From positions 4,102-68,101 of IMG/VR virus record IMGVR_UViG_3300032093_000099: a stretch of 64,000 nt of DNA; one strand, given 5' to 3'. The DNA comes from a virus. Made by a program: the position numbers and the translations under genes. The notes beneath the pieces were generated by a model. The model was not told the origin of the DNA, did not search any database, and saw nothing but the letters and a program-made list of their open reading frames with translations. Below, piece after piece: positions 1 to 12,200 of the stretch (position 1 is its first letter; each line of letters begins with the position of its first letter).

Positions 1-318
1 ATGCCACTAGTACCACAGACATTGAACGCAGCTCTTGAACAAGCATTTGACAAAGCAATGTTTGTTTTTGCTGAAACTATTGCAAATTCACCAACAGGAA
101 CTAATGTTGCTGATAAAGCAAGACAAGCAGCGGCAAAAACTTTCGCGTCATTAGCCACTCCAGCAATCGACACGTACATAAAGTCAGCCACTGTGCAAGT
201 CACCATACCATCGGGTTTGGTAACGCAAGGAGCTTCAACGGCATCTGCGCCAAACTTATTACCTTTGCCAATCTTCGGAATTCCCGGTGACCTAATAAGT
301 ACTGGAGGATTAACATAG
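1..318 (+). CDS. hypothetical phage protein (possibly baseplate-hub associated)
   Basis: 105-aa ORF at the window edge; Ala-rich, no recognisable motif. Confidence 0.5.
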   Translation: MPLVPQTLNAALEQAFDKAMFVFAETIANSPTGTNVADKARQAAAKTFASLATPAIDTYIKSATVQVTIPSGLVTQGASTASAPNLLPLPIFGIPGDLISTGGLT

Positions 319-331
319 AATAATCAATTTA

Positions 332-340
332 GATATATAG
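332..340 (+). promoter_or_regulatory. putative late promoter (GATATATAG)
   Basis: Same motif is intergenic at 17968, 32167 and 47920, each about 20-27 nt before an ATG; resembles the T4 late promoter TATAAATA. Confidence 0.6.
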
Positions 341-360
341 TTTATAGTAAAACAAAAAAT

Positions 361-1557
361 ATGACACCAGAAAAAAAACAAGCACCAGAAATCGATTGGG
401 ACACATTAGGTCTCTCCGGAAGACGCATCATCAACAAGAAACTATCTGACACATACGGAGGTAAAGTTTTTTGTCACGAAGCGTACGCCGAAGACTTATG
501 TAAGTTGATGGCAGGAATTCAAGTCTTCAACAAAGAACTTCAGGAAGGCATGATCATGAAGATGATCGACATCCACAAAGTATCGGAAAAAGAAATGACG
601 ATTACTTTGGAAGGTCTTGCAGACGCTGTGATCAAGCTCGACGGCGAGAAGAAATTCTACGCTATGCTCGGACTTACACAAGACGAGTTCATCGACAACG
701 TAAAAGACGAGAACTGGAGAAAATCTTTCATAAACCAAGGTTACCACGTCAAGATCGAAGGTACATCGCCATACAATCGTGCTTCACTATATGCAGGCCA
801 GACCGAAAAGATACGAAACGAATTCATGGCACAGATCACTGAAAATACTTCTGCTTACTACGGAACAATCACCGGTAAGAACCACGGAGGATTCATCATC
901 AGTGTGCAAGGAATCGACGGATTCTTACCTGGATCTCTTGCTGCTACAAACATCGTAAGAGACTTTGATGAAATGATAGGAAAAGAAATTCCGGTGATGG
1001 TCGAAGATTACTTAAGAGAAAGTTCGACTTTCGTATTCTCTTACAAGAAGTACATCTCTAAGATACTTCCTCAGAAGATCGAAGAGCTTGACCGCGATAA
1101 GCAATACACAGGGACTGTTACTGGAGCTGCTAAGTACGGCATATTCATAGAGTTTGATGATATCTTTACTGGTCTTATTCACGCCAGCAAGATGACCCCT
1201 GAACTCAAAGAACAGTTCAAAAACAATGAAATCAAACCAGGCACGCCGATTACTTTCTGGATCAAAGAAATCACGCCTGACAAGAAAATCATTCTTACCG
1301 ACGAAGATCCTTCGATTCGTCAGAAGGAAATCGCCGACTTTAGAGATTCCAGCTTAGGTGCCGTCAAAGGCGGTGAAGTTATCTCGGTGCAGCCTTTCGG
1401 AACATTGGTCCGTCTGCAGAAAGATATCGTAGGAATGATTTCGCAAAAAGAAATTAAGAATAAGAAGAAAAAATACAGCGTCGGAGACAAGGTCATGGTA
1501 ACAGTTGATCGTGTTCACAACGACAAAATTTATCTGACTATTCCCAACGAAGCATAA
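361..1557 (+). CDS. ribosomal protein S1-like protein (three S1/OB domains)
   Basis: S1 signatures GTITGKNHGGFIISVQGIDGFLPGS, GTVTGAAKYGIFIEFDDIFTGLIHASKM, GEVISVQPFGTLVRL...GMISQKEI...YSVGDKVMVTV. Confidence 0.85.
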   Translation: MTPEKKQAPEIDWDTLGLSGRRIINKKLSDTYGGKVFCHEAYAEDLCKLMAGIQVFNKELQEGMIMKMIDIHKVSEKEMTITLEGLADAVIKLDGEKKFYAMLGLTQDEFIDNVKDENWRKSFINQGYHVKIEGTSPYNRASLYAGQTEKIRNEFMAQITENTSAYYGTITGKNHGGFIISVQGIDGFLPGSLAATNIVRDFDEMIGKEIPVMVEDYLRESSTFVFSYKKYISKILPQKIEELDRDKQYTGTVTGAAKYGIFIEFDDIFTGLIHASKMTPELKEQFKNNEIKPGTPITFWIKEITPDKKIILTDEDPSIRQKEIADFRDSSLGAVKGGEVISVQPFGTLVRLQKDIVGMISQKEIKNKKKKYSVGDKVMVTVDRVHNDKIYLTIPNEA

Positions 1558-1571
1558 AATAACTCCCGGTA

Positions 1572-2990
1572 ATGAAAACCAAGAAGGTTTACACAAAGAC
1601 AGAGATTCTCGACTCTGCTAAGATTGGAATAGAATTTGAGTTCTATTCTTCAATGGAAGTGGTCGAGACTGCAAGAGCGATCGCCAAAGTCCTAAAGAAT
1701 AGGATCGTGGTGCCAATGGCTCTGAGCAACATTCAAGAGCCCAAACCTCTCTATCACTCGCCGGTACAGCCTTCGGCATCGGTATTCAAATTGGAGCCAG
1801 ACTACTCAGGCGGTAAGAAAATGTGTGAGTTGGTCACCGGTCCTATGCCTTATTCCGATGCAAGAAACACTATCATCAAGGTTTTTGAATGGATTCAATC
1901 AAATGGTTACACTACCGACAGATGCTCTATTCACGCAAACATAAGTTTAGATCCCAATAAGATTCCTACCAGAGTCGAGATCCCTATGATGAACATAGTC
2001 AAATTCATCTTAGGATTCGACGAAGAACGAGTTTACGATGTATTCCCCAAGAGAAAAGATTCTGTGTACGCAAGAAGCATTAAAGAACTTCACCCGAACG
2101 CAGTCATATTCTATACTCCAACTACTGACATTAGTCGCAATGTTTTGGAAGTGCCCGATGAAAAGTATTACGGCGTAAACTTCTTGAAAGCCGAAAAAGG
2201 CTATTTGGAATATCGTTACATGGGCGGAGAGAACTACGAGAGAAAGACGAAGAAAATCCTAGATCTTATCGATTACTTTATCCTAAACCTTTACGAAGTA
2301 CTAAACTTCGACGGCAACTTTAGCGCAGGTGATCGTACCTACTTTAAGAAGCTCATGGAAAAGCAACAGAAACTTTATGAAGGATTCGTAAAGTACTCTA
2401 CGTTCAAGAAAAACTTCCCAGATGTAGAAGTAGGTGTTGACATGAGAAACGACGAACAGATATTGGAAGCATATTGGCACGTCATCAAAGATCAGATATT
2501 CAAAATCATGATGACCAGCGGAATCACAAAGGGCATCTTTAACTTCGACACCGATGTTTCAGTCTTGCAAGTCAGAGACACTAAGATCAAAAACTGCGTC
2601 GCAAGAGATGTTGAGTTTGTAGAATGCGAGCTCGAAGGTGTATTTGAAAGATGTACTTTTTACGGTTGTACGATTAAGAATTCTAGAGTTGCTGAATGCA
2701 AGCCGGTCAAAGAAAACAAATTCATATCTTGCAAAGTTGCCGAATCACCGCTTCACATATCAAACGTCTGTGACGATTGTTTCATCGAGAACAAAAGATT
2801 CCCTATCAACTGTTCAGTGATCGGTGGAGTTATTCGTAACGGTGAAATTGGAAAACTCGCAAAAGTTTCCAAAGAAACTATGGTCGTCGAACTTATCGAA
2901 CCTTCTGAATCTCCGGGAAGCTTTAAAGATCCTGAGAAAGGTGGAAGAGATAAAGACAAAGACGAAAAGAAAAAAGACGAAAAGAAATAG
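1572..2990 (+). CDS. putative amidoligase (COOH-NH2 ligase) with C-terminal Cys-rich beta-helix-like region
   Basis: IGIEFEF, LEPDYS, ELVTGPM, CSIHAN, KYYGVN, LEYRY motifs of the amidoligase_2 family. Confidence 0.75.
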   Translation: MKTKKVYTKTEILDSAKIGIEFEFYSSMEVVETARAIAKVLKNRIVVPMALSNIQEPKPLYHSPVQPSASVFKLEPDYSGGKKMCELVTGPMPYSDARNTIIKVFEWIQSNGYTTDRCSIHANISLDPNKIPTRVEIPMMNIVKFILGFDEERVYDVFPKRKDSVYARSIKELHPNAVIFYTPTTDISRNVLEVPDEKYYGVNFLKAEKGYLEYRYMGGENYERKTKKILDLIDYFILNLYEVLNFDGNFSAGDRTYFKKLMEKQQKLYEGFVKYSTFKKNFPDVEVGVDMRNDEQILEAYWHVIKDQIFKIMMTSGITKGIFNFDTDVSVLQVRDTKIKNCVARDVEFVECELEGVFERCTFYGCTIKNSRVAECKPVKENKFISCKVAESPLHISNVCDDCFIENKRFPINCSVIGGVIRNGEIGKLAKVSKETMVVELIEPSESPGSFKDPEKGGRDKDKDEKKKDEKK

Positions 2991-3115
2991 TGGCAAGAGC
3001 ACGTAAACAAGGCAAGTCCAAGAGAAATCGCGGCAACCAAGTTAAGAGGATCAAATTGATCGAAAACAACCGAGCAATCCTCAATAAACTTAAAGAAGAA
3101 CTAAAAGAAAAGTAA
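2990..3115 (+). CDS. small basic protein (41 aa), not in ORF track
   Basis: GTG start overlaps the upstream TAG; MARARKQGKSKRNRGNQVKRIKLIENNRAILNKLKEELKEK; fills the gap to the next gene. Confidence 0.6.
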   Translation: MARARKQGKSKRNRGNQVKRIKLIENNRAILNKLKEELKEK

Positions 3116-3119
3116 AAAG

Positions 3120-3851
3120 ATGACTCGCGATGAACTAATCCAAATGGTGAACGATGAGATTACCGTCTCGGGTTCTCTTCCGTACTCCATTCCACAGAAG
3201 GAAATGGAGAGGATCATCGGCCAAGCCGAGAACTGGTTCTATGTGAACTACGGCCCTGCGGTAGAAACATCTTACTATGTTCTGCCTAGAAATCTATTTG
3301 CACAGAAAGAATGGAAAGCTACTCGTAGTGTACTACTTCCTGATTGCGTAATTTCAATCCAAGACGTAAGAGACTTTACGGGAGGTGGTATCTTAGGAAC
3401 AGTCGACACGGACTTTTCTGACAACCGTCTTATTGCTTCTGAACTTTTCTTATCACCTTTTCAGTCAGATGACCTGGTCCTAAGGACCGCACAGTATTCT
3501 TACTGGGACTTGACAAAATGTTTTATTCTCGAGAGATACGCGTTTGACTTTAACAGAAACACCAAGAGACTTAAGATTCTTGGTAGAGATCCTAAAAGAA
3601 ACGTCTATATTCTTACTTACACTAAGATTGAGGACTACAAGCTATATGATGATTGGTTCTTTCAAAGATACATAACAGCACAAGCAAAACTTTCATTGGG
3701 AAGATTACTAGGAACGTTTACGTTCAATCTTCCAGGTGGGATTGCAGTAGATGCTGGAACAATCAAAGAAGAAGGACAGTCAGAGCTTGAAGCGATATTG
3801 CAAAAAATTGACGATGAGAACTCACCAGACTGGTTCTACATCTTCCACTAA
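3120..3851 (+). CDS. neck/head-completion protein (T4 gp13-like)
   Basis: C-terminal WFFQRYITAQAKLSLGRLLGTFTFNLPGGIAVDAGTIKEEG matches the gp13 LPGG motif. Confidence 0.75.
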   Translation: MTRDELIQMVNDEITVSGSLPYSIPQKEMERIIGQAENWFYVNYGPAVETSYYVLPRNLFAQKEWKATRSVLLPDCVISIQDVRDFTGGGILGTVDTDFSDNRLIASELFLSPFQSDDLVLRTAQYSYWDLTKCFILERYAFDFNRNTKRLKILGRDPKRNVYILTYTKIEDYKLYDDWFFQRYITAQAKLSLGRLLGTFTFNLPGGIAVDAGTIKEEGQSELEAILQKIDDENSPDWFYIFH

Positions 3852-3857
3852 TATGTC

Positions 3858-4220
3858 ATGCTTAAAGAAATCTACTGTAGAAATGCATCAGATCCCGGAT
3901 TTCTTCCGAGCGTTCTAGAGACAAATTCTCCTTACGAAGCGATTCTTACAAAGATTCGCATGATCATCTTTACAACGCAGGGGGAAGTTCTTGGCGATCC
4001 AGGTTTCGGCTTGAATTTAGAGCAACTACTTTTTGACCTAAACGTAAGCAGTCAAAAGATCAAGGAAAACTTTTACGGTCAACTTTCTTTTTATGCGCCC
4101 GATACAGCCAACATGCCGATCACAATCGAGGTTTCTTTTGCGCAGGGAACGGTAAGAGATATCTGCTACATAGATATATACATAGACGGCAAAAAGTATC
4201 TTGGCGTCGAAGCAACATAA
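3858..4220 (+). CDS. baseplate wedge protein (gp25-like)
   Basis: IIFTTQGEVLGDPGFGLNLEQLLFD gp25/GPW motif; directly precedes the gp6-like gene. Confidence 0.8.
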   Translation: MLKEIYCRNASDPGFLPSVLETNSPYEAILTKIRMIIFTTQGEVLGDPGFGLNLEQLLFDLNVSSQKIKENFYGQLSFYAPDTANMPITIEVSFAQGTVRDICYIDIYIDGKKYLGVEAT

Positions 4221-4235
4221 AAGACGTAAGCAAGG

Positions 4236-5936
4236 ATGGCTCTTCAGATTTTTAAGTACAATAGAATTCAATTTGACCAACTTTACAGTGATGTAAGGAG
4301 TTTCATGACCACGAAATTCTTACAGGTCGGCGAAGTGTTTTCTCCAGCAAGTGCATACGGACAGCTTCTGTATGTAATCCTAGATCTTGCTCGTCTGATG
4401 TTTTACTACATCGAGGATAGTATCACAGAGTTGAACATTATGACAGCTGGACGCAGCCAGTCTATCATTGGCCTCGCAAGACTTGCTGGTCACAATCCAA
4501 CAAGATCCATTGCTGCATCAGGAACTTTGATGTTGGGGTACAACGGTACCACCGTTGATATGTACGGCAACACAGTGATCATTCCCAATTACTCAAAGTT
4601 GGTTGACCAAAACACTGGCCTGAATTACCTCATTACCACAAACACCGAGGAAGTTCGTATTAACTTATCGGGCAAGCAAACCGTAGAAGTTAAAGTAACA
4701 CAGGGCAGCTTTGAAGTTCAGACTGTCACAGGAACAGGTAGACCTCTACAATCTTACAACATAAAGCCGAAAAAAGGGAATCAGATCGATAACTTCATCT
4801 ATAGAATATACGTAAACAATGAACAGTGGAAAAACTATGATTCTCTATACGATATTCCTTACGATGCACCGGGTGTAATTGTTAAAACTGGGATGGACAC
4901 CGGAATTGACATATTCTTTGGCAACCTTTACTTCGGAAGAATTCCAGAAGTCGGGTCTGTCATACGAGTCGAGTATTTAGTCTCAGACGGAGACGCAGGA
5001 AACATATTGATGGACGAAATTCCAAACTTTGAATGGGAAGACGATGGTTTTGACTTGGCAGGAAACACGGTAGATCTCAACGCTATCATAAAGATTGGTA
5101 TGGGAAAACCAATCATATTTGGTTCTGACGCCGAACCGCTTTTCTTAACACGAGTTTTGGCTCCTAAAACATCAAGGGCTTATGTGTTGGCAAACGCCGA
5201 TTCATATGTTTACTTCTTAGAAAAATACAACTTCTTCGCGGTCGTCGATGCCTTCAACACATTTGAAGACAATGATGTATCCGACGATAATGTGGTTTAT
5301 CTATTTTTGATTCCTGATGTGAACAAACGAAAACCAAGCAACTCCAACTACTACACAATACCTCAATCGCTGTTCTTACTTTCCCCTGATGAAAAGCAAA
5401 AGATATACGATGTAATTGAAGAAAGCGGTCAAAAAACATTGAATACGATCGTCAAGATTATCGATCCCATCATCAAGAAATATGTTCTTAACCTAAACGT
5501 CAGGGCATTCGAAGGTTATAGCAAAGATATCATTCGTCAAAACATAATATCCAAAACATCAGACTACTTCTTAAAGAATCGTCGTAGAGACAAGATTCCT
5601 ACATCAGACTTGGTAGCAATCGTAGAATCAGTCGAAGGCGTGGACAGTGTAAACGTTTGGTTTATGTCAGAAGAGAATGAAGCATATCACGCAAACCCAG
5701 CAAATGCAAATTCAACGATCGACATAGGTCTCGACGAATTTGGTGACATCACAATAGGAAGAGGAGAACTTGCGCTTGTTCGCGGAGGATGGCCCGATCG
5801 TAACGGCGTTTTCTTAGAAGACAGCACGAGTCAATCCAAACCAAGTACAATCAACATATCATTTGGTAAAGATACTCCTAAGTCATTGAACTTAGAGATC
5901 CACCGCATCAACATAGATAACATTAAGAATGGCTAA
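4236..5936 (+). CDS. baseplate wedge protein (gp6/baseplate J-like)
   Basis: SIIGLARLAGHNPTRSIAASG, IFFGNLYFGRIP, IRVEYLVSDGDAGN. Confidence 0.8.
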   Translation: MALQIFKYNRIQFDQLYSDVRSFMTTKFLQVGEVFSPASAYGQLLYVILDLARLMFYYIEDSITELNIMTAGRSQSIIGLARLAGHNPTRSIAASGTLMLGYNGTTVDMYGNTVIIPNYSKLVDQNTGLNYLITTNTEEVRINLSGKQTVEVKVTQGSFEVQTVTGTGRPLQSYNIKPKKGNQIDNFIYRIYVNNEQWKNYDSLYDIPYDAPGVIVKTGMDTGIDIFFGNLYFGRIPEVGSVIRVEYLVSDGDAGNILMDEIPNFEWEDDGFDLAGNTVDLNAIIKIGMGKPIIFGSDAEPLFLTRVLAPKTSRAYVLANADSYVYFLEKYNFFAVVDAFNTFEDNDVSDDNVVYLFLIPDVNKRKPSNSNYYTIPQSLFLLSPDEKQKIYDVIEESGQKTLNTIVKIIDPIIKKYVLNLNVRAFEGYSKDIIRQNIISKTSDYFLKNRRRDKIPTSDLVAIVESVEGVDSVNVWFMSEENEAYHANPANANSTIDIGLDEFGDITIGRGELALVRGGWPDRNGVFLEDSTSQSKPSTINISFGKDTPKSLNLEIHRINIDNIKNG

Positions 5937-6246
5937 CTTAGAGGTAAACATAATTGAGAAAACATACGAGGATCCAAACCCAGACATCAAGATGGGAGCG
6001 TATCTTACGAGGAAAAGTTTCTATGAAGCTCTTGTGCACCAGCAAGATGACCTAAAAAACATAGGATATGACTGGCGTCCAAACTTGATGAAAAAATCTT
6101 TGTCTAAGTACCTTCTTGCGAACAAAGATGTAGAAGCGGTTGTCGTTCAGTACACAAAGTTACTTACTTTTATTGTCGACACGATTCAGCAAATCAGAAA
6201 GAGCATAAACTATGCGGTCGACAAAAAATATAAGTACATCTCTTAA
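5929..6246 (+). CDS. hypothetical protein in baseplate module
   Basis: 105-aa ORF overlapping both neighbours. Confidence 0.55.
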   Translation: MANLEVNIIEKTYEDPNPDIKMGAYLTRKSFYEALVHQQDDLKNIGYDWRPNLMKKSLSKYLLANKDVEAVVVQYTKLLTFIVDTIQQIRKSINYAVDKKYKYIS

Positions 6247-9200
6247 TGCTACTTACCAACAGGTTTAACTTCTTCAACAAGAATGGGGACAACTTAAATC
6301 CTCAGAAAAGACAGGCTACGACTGTCTTAATTGTTGACGAGACACAGTTTCCTGGAATTGGAGCCGTCATAAATGCGTATACGAATTTCGAAGGTCAAGT
6401 CGTATACATCGAGATCATAGACGGAGGAACCGGCTATGATACTTCATCATACTTAGAGATCCGAAGCATTGACAACGAAAATCTCTTGTTCACTATTCCA
6501 AGCACAGACATTACATTTGGTGTGAACGGCGAGATTGAAGCAATCGCGCTTCCTGCTTCGATCAACAATAACGATTTTCCAAGTCCATCATTGGACTACA
6601 TATTGGACTATAGTCTGGAAAGAGTCTCAACTGGGTTGATCGCTGTGGATCAGATATACATTCTGGAGAATGTTTACGATTCAACAGGCAGCACTGGAAC
6701 ACTTTCGTACGGACAAAGCGGTTACACTTATCCAAGAACAGAGAACTATGGTCCTTTCAATATCAATTCTTATTCAGCAAACGGCACAAGCGGCAAGGTA
6801 GAAATAGAGAGTTTTACATTCACGGGTCTTGTCAGGGAGTATGATTCAAACACGGTCAGCAGAGTGCCTGCAGCCGTCATATCTTCTCTTGCTGTAGGTA
6901 TGAATGTGACGGGCTCTGGAGTGCCAGCAGATACTTTCATTTATAGCATAAACACCGCAAGACAGACACTTGTACTTACGAATCCTATACCCGCAGACTC
7001 GGTTGGAGAAATATCTTTTACTACGTACTTTCCACACGATCTTCGAGTAGGTTCTAAGATATTTATAGACGGAGGTGCATTAGACGGAGGTTCTTACACT
7101 CTTACTCAGGTTGATACGTTCAACCTGTACTTTGACACTTCATTGACAGTTTCTTCAACTTCAGGTGCCGGCGTAACATACAGCGTAGTCCCACAGTTCA
7201 AAGCATACGTAGAAGGTGACGAATCATTCTTCTTGTTCAATGTTGACTACAATGTTGACTATCCGACGATCACGAAGTCAAAAACAATCGAGTTTGAATT
7301 TACACAAGCTGCTTCTTCTGACACGATCCCAACTGCAGTAGTTGGTGGGACGGCAAACAACGTCCTTTATCAAAGGACTGTGTACGAAGACATTCAGAAA
7401 ACTCCGTTCACACTTAACATCGGTCACCAAGCTGATGTAGAAGGTGTCTTCTTGACCGTCTTAAGAATCATTGACAATACTTTTTCTTCGAGACCTGGAC
7501 TGTTGTTCTTTGGAATCTATAGAGCTGAGACTGAAGCAGAAGACGAAAGACTAGGTGTCCTCCTATCCAACATAGGTCGTGATGTAGACGCGGAGCAAGA
7601 ACTGATTCTTAGAGATTCTGAAGTTGATGAATCAAACGTCGACTACATACTTCTCAACGAAAAGCGAAAAGAAATGCTTCTGCAAGGAGACCAGATCTGG
7701 CCATATATGGGTTCTTACAAAGGACTTGTGAATATGATCAACTGGTTTGGTTACTACGATATTCGCCTTAAAGAATACTTCTTAAACGTAAATAGTATGG
7801 ACACAGAATTTGGCAAGTATCGCCAAGTTCCCATAACATTTCAACTAAAGAACAAGAAAGAAAGCGGTCAGTCTATCAACATTGTTCCAAGCAAGCACTA
7901 TCGTAAGACCAGCTTATTTGGATTGTTCTATGACATCGTCAAAGACTCTGGAGAATTCGACGAAAACGGAACTCCTCTGACCACTGATGCTTTTACATTT
8001 ACCAATGAAGAGGCTCTTATCAAATTCTTCGCTCTTAAGAAATACCTCAGAGAAAAATTCTTACCTCTAAACTGTCAGATTACTGACATCACAGGTGAAG
8101 GAGTTTACTACGAAAGATATACCATCAATTCTTGGAAAGACGTAGATGAAAGACGTGTCCTTGAACTAACAAGGCCGATTGGCTTTACATGCGAAGAACG
8201 CGCTCCCATCGAAGATCTTCGTTCGTACTCTTCACAAGCATACTTAAGTCCTACTTTGGAAAAGACATTACAGTCTTTCATGAATAAGTACGACATTCTT
8301 GACATAACGATTACTAATCCGGGAGGTCCTTATACCAGTATTCCGCAGGTTTCTTTTCCTGGGACTTCGAACCAACAGGCCACTGGCTATGCCAAAGTAA
8401 AAGGCTACACTGGATCATATACTCTTTCCAATCCCGCAGGTTTTGGTTTTACCGCCGGAGACATCATAACTCTCGGCGGCGGTTCCTATTCAACTCCTAT
8501 CAGACTCCTTGTGACAGGTGTGACAGGATCTGGGTCGGTAACAGATGTTCAGATACAAAGCGGATACTCGCAAGGTGCAGGATACGCATCTCTCCCTCAA
8601 GCTTTCTCACAGATGCTTGTGGTTTCCCCGGTCGGATCTCAATATGAAGTTGTCAATCGAACCGGTTTCACAGCCTCCGTTAGCGATCTAGGATATGAAT
8701 TAGACGATGTAGTATTTCTAAACAAAGGAATTGGGTATTCTTCTTATCCACAAGCTGTCTTTAGTCCAAACGTAGGTTCTACAACAGCTGATCTTGATCT
8801 TAAGATATATGCAGGAACTCCTGTAGGCAACATCAACAACGGGCTAAGAACAGAAAGATGGAATGATTCACCTAACATACCAGTCGGCGCGGTAGTTTCA
8901 TTGTCAACCGAATTTCCTATAACATGGGATGAAGTTCCTTATTCATGGAATGATGTAGGAGGAAGTACCGACGCAAACGTTATTGCACACATAGATTCAC
9001 TCCCAGGAGGAAACGGTGAAGTAGTTGCTTTAGAGATCGTTAACCCTGGAACCGAGTATAAGTTTACACCGACATTAAAAATAGTCAGTCAAGAAGGAAG
9101 CGGAGCAACAGCTACAGCATCTTTAAGAAAAGGAAGACTGAACCTTTTGGAATACACTGTGACAGCCGTGAACTCGACCGGCGGTGGGACAAATAACGAA

Positions 9201-12200
9201 TTCACAGTTACGCCTGACATCGCTGCGGCAGGAACTCTAAATGTTTCTACCAACCGTTTGGTAACAGGCTCAAACATCGCAGACATAGTTCTGACTTCGG
9301 TCATAACCGCAGGACCTGGCTCAACCATCACAGTAGAGAATTATGATTCTTCTCCTGCTTCTACTTCGGTTGCTATAGGAGATGTTATATTAGTTCACCA
9401 AGGAGTGGCAGTTACAAATGGCGGCTCGGGATATTCTAATGTCCCTGGCGTGAATGTAAATAGTGGGCATACCCGTTCCATTTTTACATGGAGCGATCTT
9501 GGGCGTGGAGAATTCTATCAAATGCAATGGAAAGTCCTATTGACAGAGCCTGTCAAATCAACTGCGCAGTTTAGCTATGATAGTGGGATCCAACCTATAG
9601 ATGTTCTTATCGATCACACGGTCGTGCTACCTTACATAGGCAAGTACACCGTTGAAATGATTGTCTACAATACCGACAATAATTTCGCAAATCTGATTAA
9701 GAAGAATTGCGTAGAAGTATACATGCTGGAATCTGACTTTTCTTACATATCAAAGTTTGTTAATGATTGTATAGATTCATGGGATTCTTTGAAGCAACTG
9801 CCAAACACGCAAGAAAACAAGACAGCGCAGGAAATTGAAAACACTCGCTACATCGAGTATAAGTGGGATAATGCCACAGGCCGTTGGGTCAACTTAGTCT
9901 TCAATAACACAGACTGGGAAGACATGAACTTTAGATGGGAAAACTTAGACGTTAGTGATCTATCCGATGTCAACAATTACAACTTTCCATACTGTGAAGA
10001 TTTTTCAATCTTGGAAATCTCGCCTGACGACAATCTGGAAGGTCCTGTCGTAGACTATCTTGAGCCACCAACCGCAGTCAATCCTACGATCGTTGTTCAA
10101 GGGCAAAGAATCTATCCACAAATAGAGCCGCCTTACAACTCAGCAAACGAATGGATCTTTATCCGCAGAGATGATACTATATACCAGCTTGATGTACTTG
10201 ACGCAGACTATTCAAACCCAGGATACACTTACATAGAATTGGTAAATGATCCTCCTCTTGCGTTCAAAGCTTCACCGAATACATGGGAGGTTTTACGAGA
10301 AATTGGCGGAACGGTCGTATTGCCCGGAAACAAAATCTACAATGAAGATTCAAATCCAAACGGAATCCAAGTTGGAAAGTTCTTAAAGCTGTTCCAAAAA
10401 AATTCCACACCGATTCGTTCACGAGTTCCTATCAATGGAAAGAACACATATTCTGGACAGCCATCAAGCATCACTCTTAACGGAGAAGGTTCGGATTCAT
10501 CTTTTACCAAAAAAGGTGAAATAGGTCGTATATACAAACTTAGAGACCAAGAGATCAACAACGGTAATCTTATCTGGGATCCTACTACATCAGCTTCAAC
10601 ATGGACTATTGTCGCGGCAAACACAAACGATCCTGAAGTTCGTGATCATATAGGAAAGATATACATAGACCAAGCAACAGCTACTTGTAACCCTCTAACA
10701 GAAATCAGACCCGGTTTTACTAAGATCAAACTAATCGCTTATGTAGACGGATCTCTTAAGTACACGCAAGAATTTAGGACTACACACGTATACTTAGACA
10801 CAAGCACAGTAGGTGCTGTTTATGATATTTGGAACTCATCTGGTGTTTATGTGATTGATGTAGTAGGAATAGATGGAGGTCCTATCGATGAACTTGATAC
10901 TTATCTTGTAAGTCTTGCTGCTTCAGGCAATGAAGAGATATATCTTGAGTACGAGTACTTAGAATTCCCAACAAGAATTTACTACGGAGAAGAATCTGGA
11001 GGAAATATGACAGTCTACTTTGACTTCAATATGTACCCTTCGCTTGGAGCATTCAATAATGCACAATCGACCGAATTTGATTCCACTGCGATAGCTGATC
11101 ACACAAACTGGTTCTTTGACAATGGGATAGCGTCTGGTGACTTCTCCATGGAGGTCTCGCAAGTGGGTACATGGCAAGGAGGTGTGGGAACTATTCTAAC
11201 GGTATCAGACACAGACAGCGATCTTTTAAGATCATCTTCATCTTTCGTGGTTTGTCAAAGAAACTTCGACGAAGATTCTGCCGAAAGAAAACTCGGAACA
11301 GAAATCATAACTTGGCAAAACTACCAAAGTACTCTTTGGGAAGAATCATGTGGTCTTTCTTGGAATACTGTTGATTACGCAACTCCTTACTGGTGTAACT
11401 TCATCATTGATGAAGTTGTTCAAAACAGCGGCCTGCAATTCAATGAAGATGATGTATACAACTTTGACGGAATTGTCGGTGGTATGAGTAACGCTCAGAT
11501 ATTCACACAAGCTCTTTTTGAATTGAACAACAGCACAGAGGGCGGTCTTGCTAGATTCAACTACTATCCTATTTCCGAATCAGACATATCTTTAATACCC
11601 GCAGTAATTAACACATACGAATCGTCAAACTCTTTCACAACGAACGCTCCTGTTGCGATCGGTGACGTTGTGTACGGAAATCCTTTTGCTCCTGTATCTT
11701 CTGTCACAGGAATATCAGGAACAACAGTTACTTTGGACCAAGACATAGTAAAGAAAGCAACTTTCATAGGAGACTGTTCCGCTGGGGGCTATACGATTAC
11801 AAACATAACGGGTCTTTTAGAAAATCAAATCATACCCGGTGATGTAATTACATCTTCCACTTTGCCTTCATATCCATCAGCAGGGGCGACGGTAACAAAC
11901 ATACTTGTGCAGCAAGGAAAGGTTAGAGAAATATCATTATCATCTTCTTGTACAGCAAATGGAGATGACATAACATTTTACGCAGAGTGGGAAACTAGTT
12001 CGATATCAACACAGATACTGGCAGGAGGTACAGGAACAATGTTCAAGATCGTTGCTCAGGCAAAGACACCAAGCGTTGATTGTTTGGGCTACTTAACAGG
12101 CGAAGGTGGTCTTACATTTGAAACACCAGATGGCAACTCATCGGCGCTTTCACATTCTTTCCCAACAGGCAACTACTATTCGTGGTTAGGGTTTGGACCG

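Noticed and set aside
361-1557. Bacterial chromosome rpsA locus
   Set aside because: Only three S1 domains with an atypical N-terminus, flanked by virion genes.
8802-10945. GATATAT occurrences inside the 2169-aa gene as promoters
   Set aside because: Incomplete motif, far from any start codon; expected from Ile-Tyr codons.
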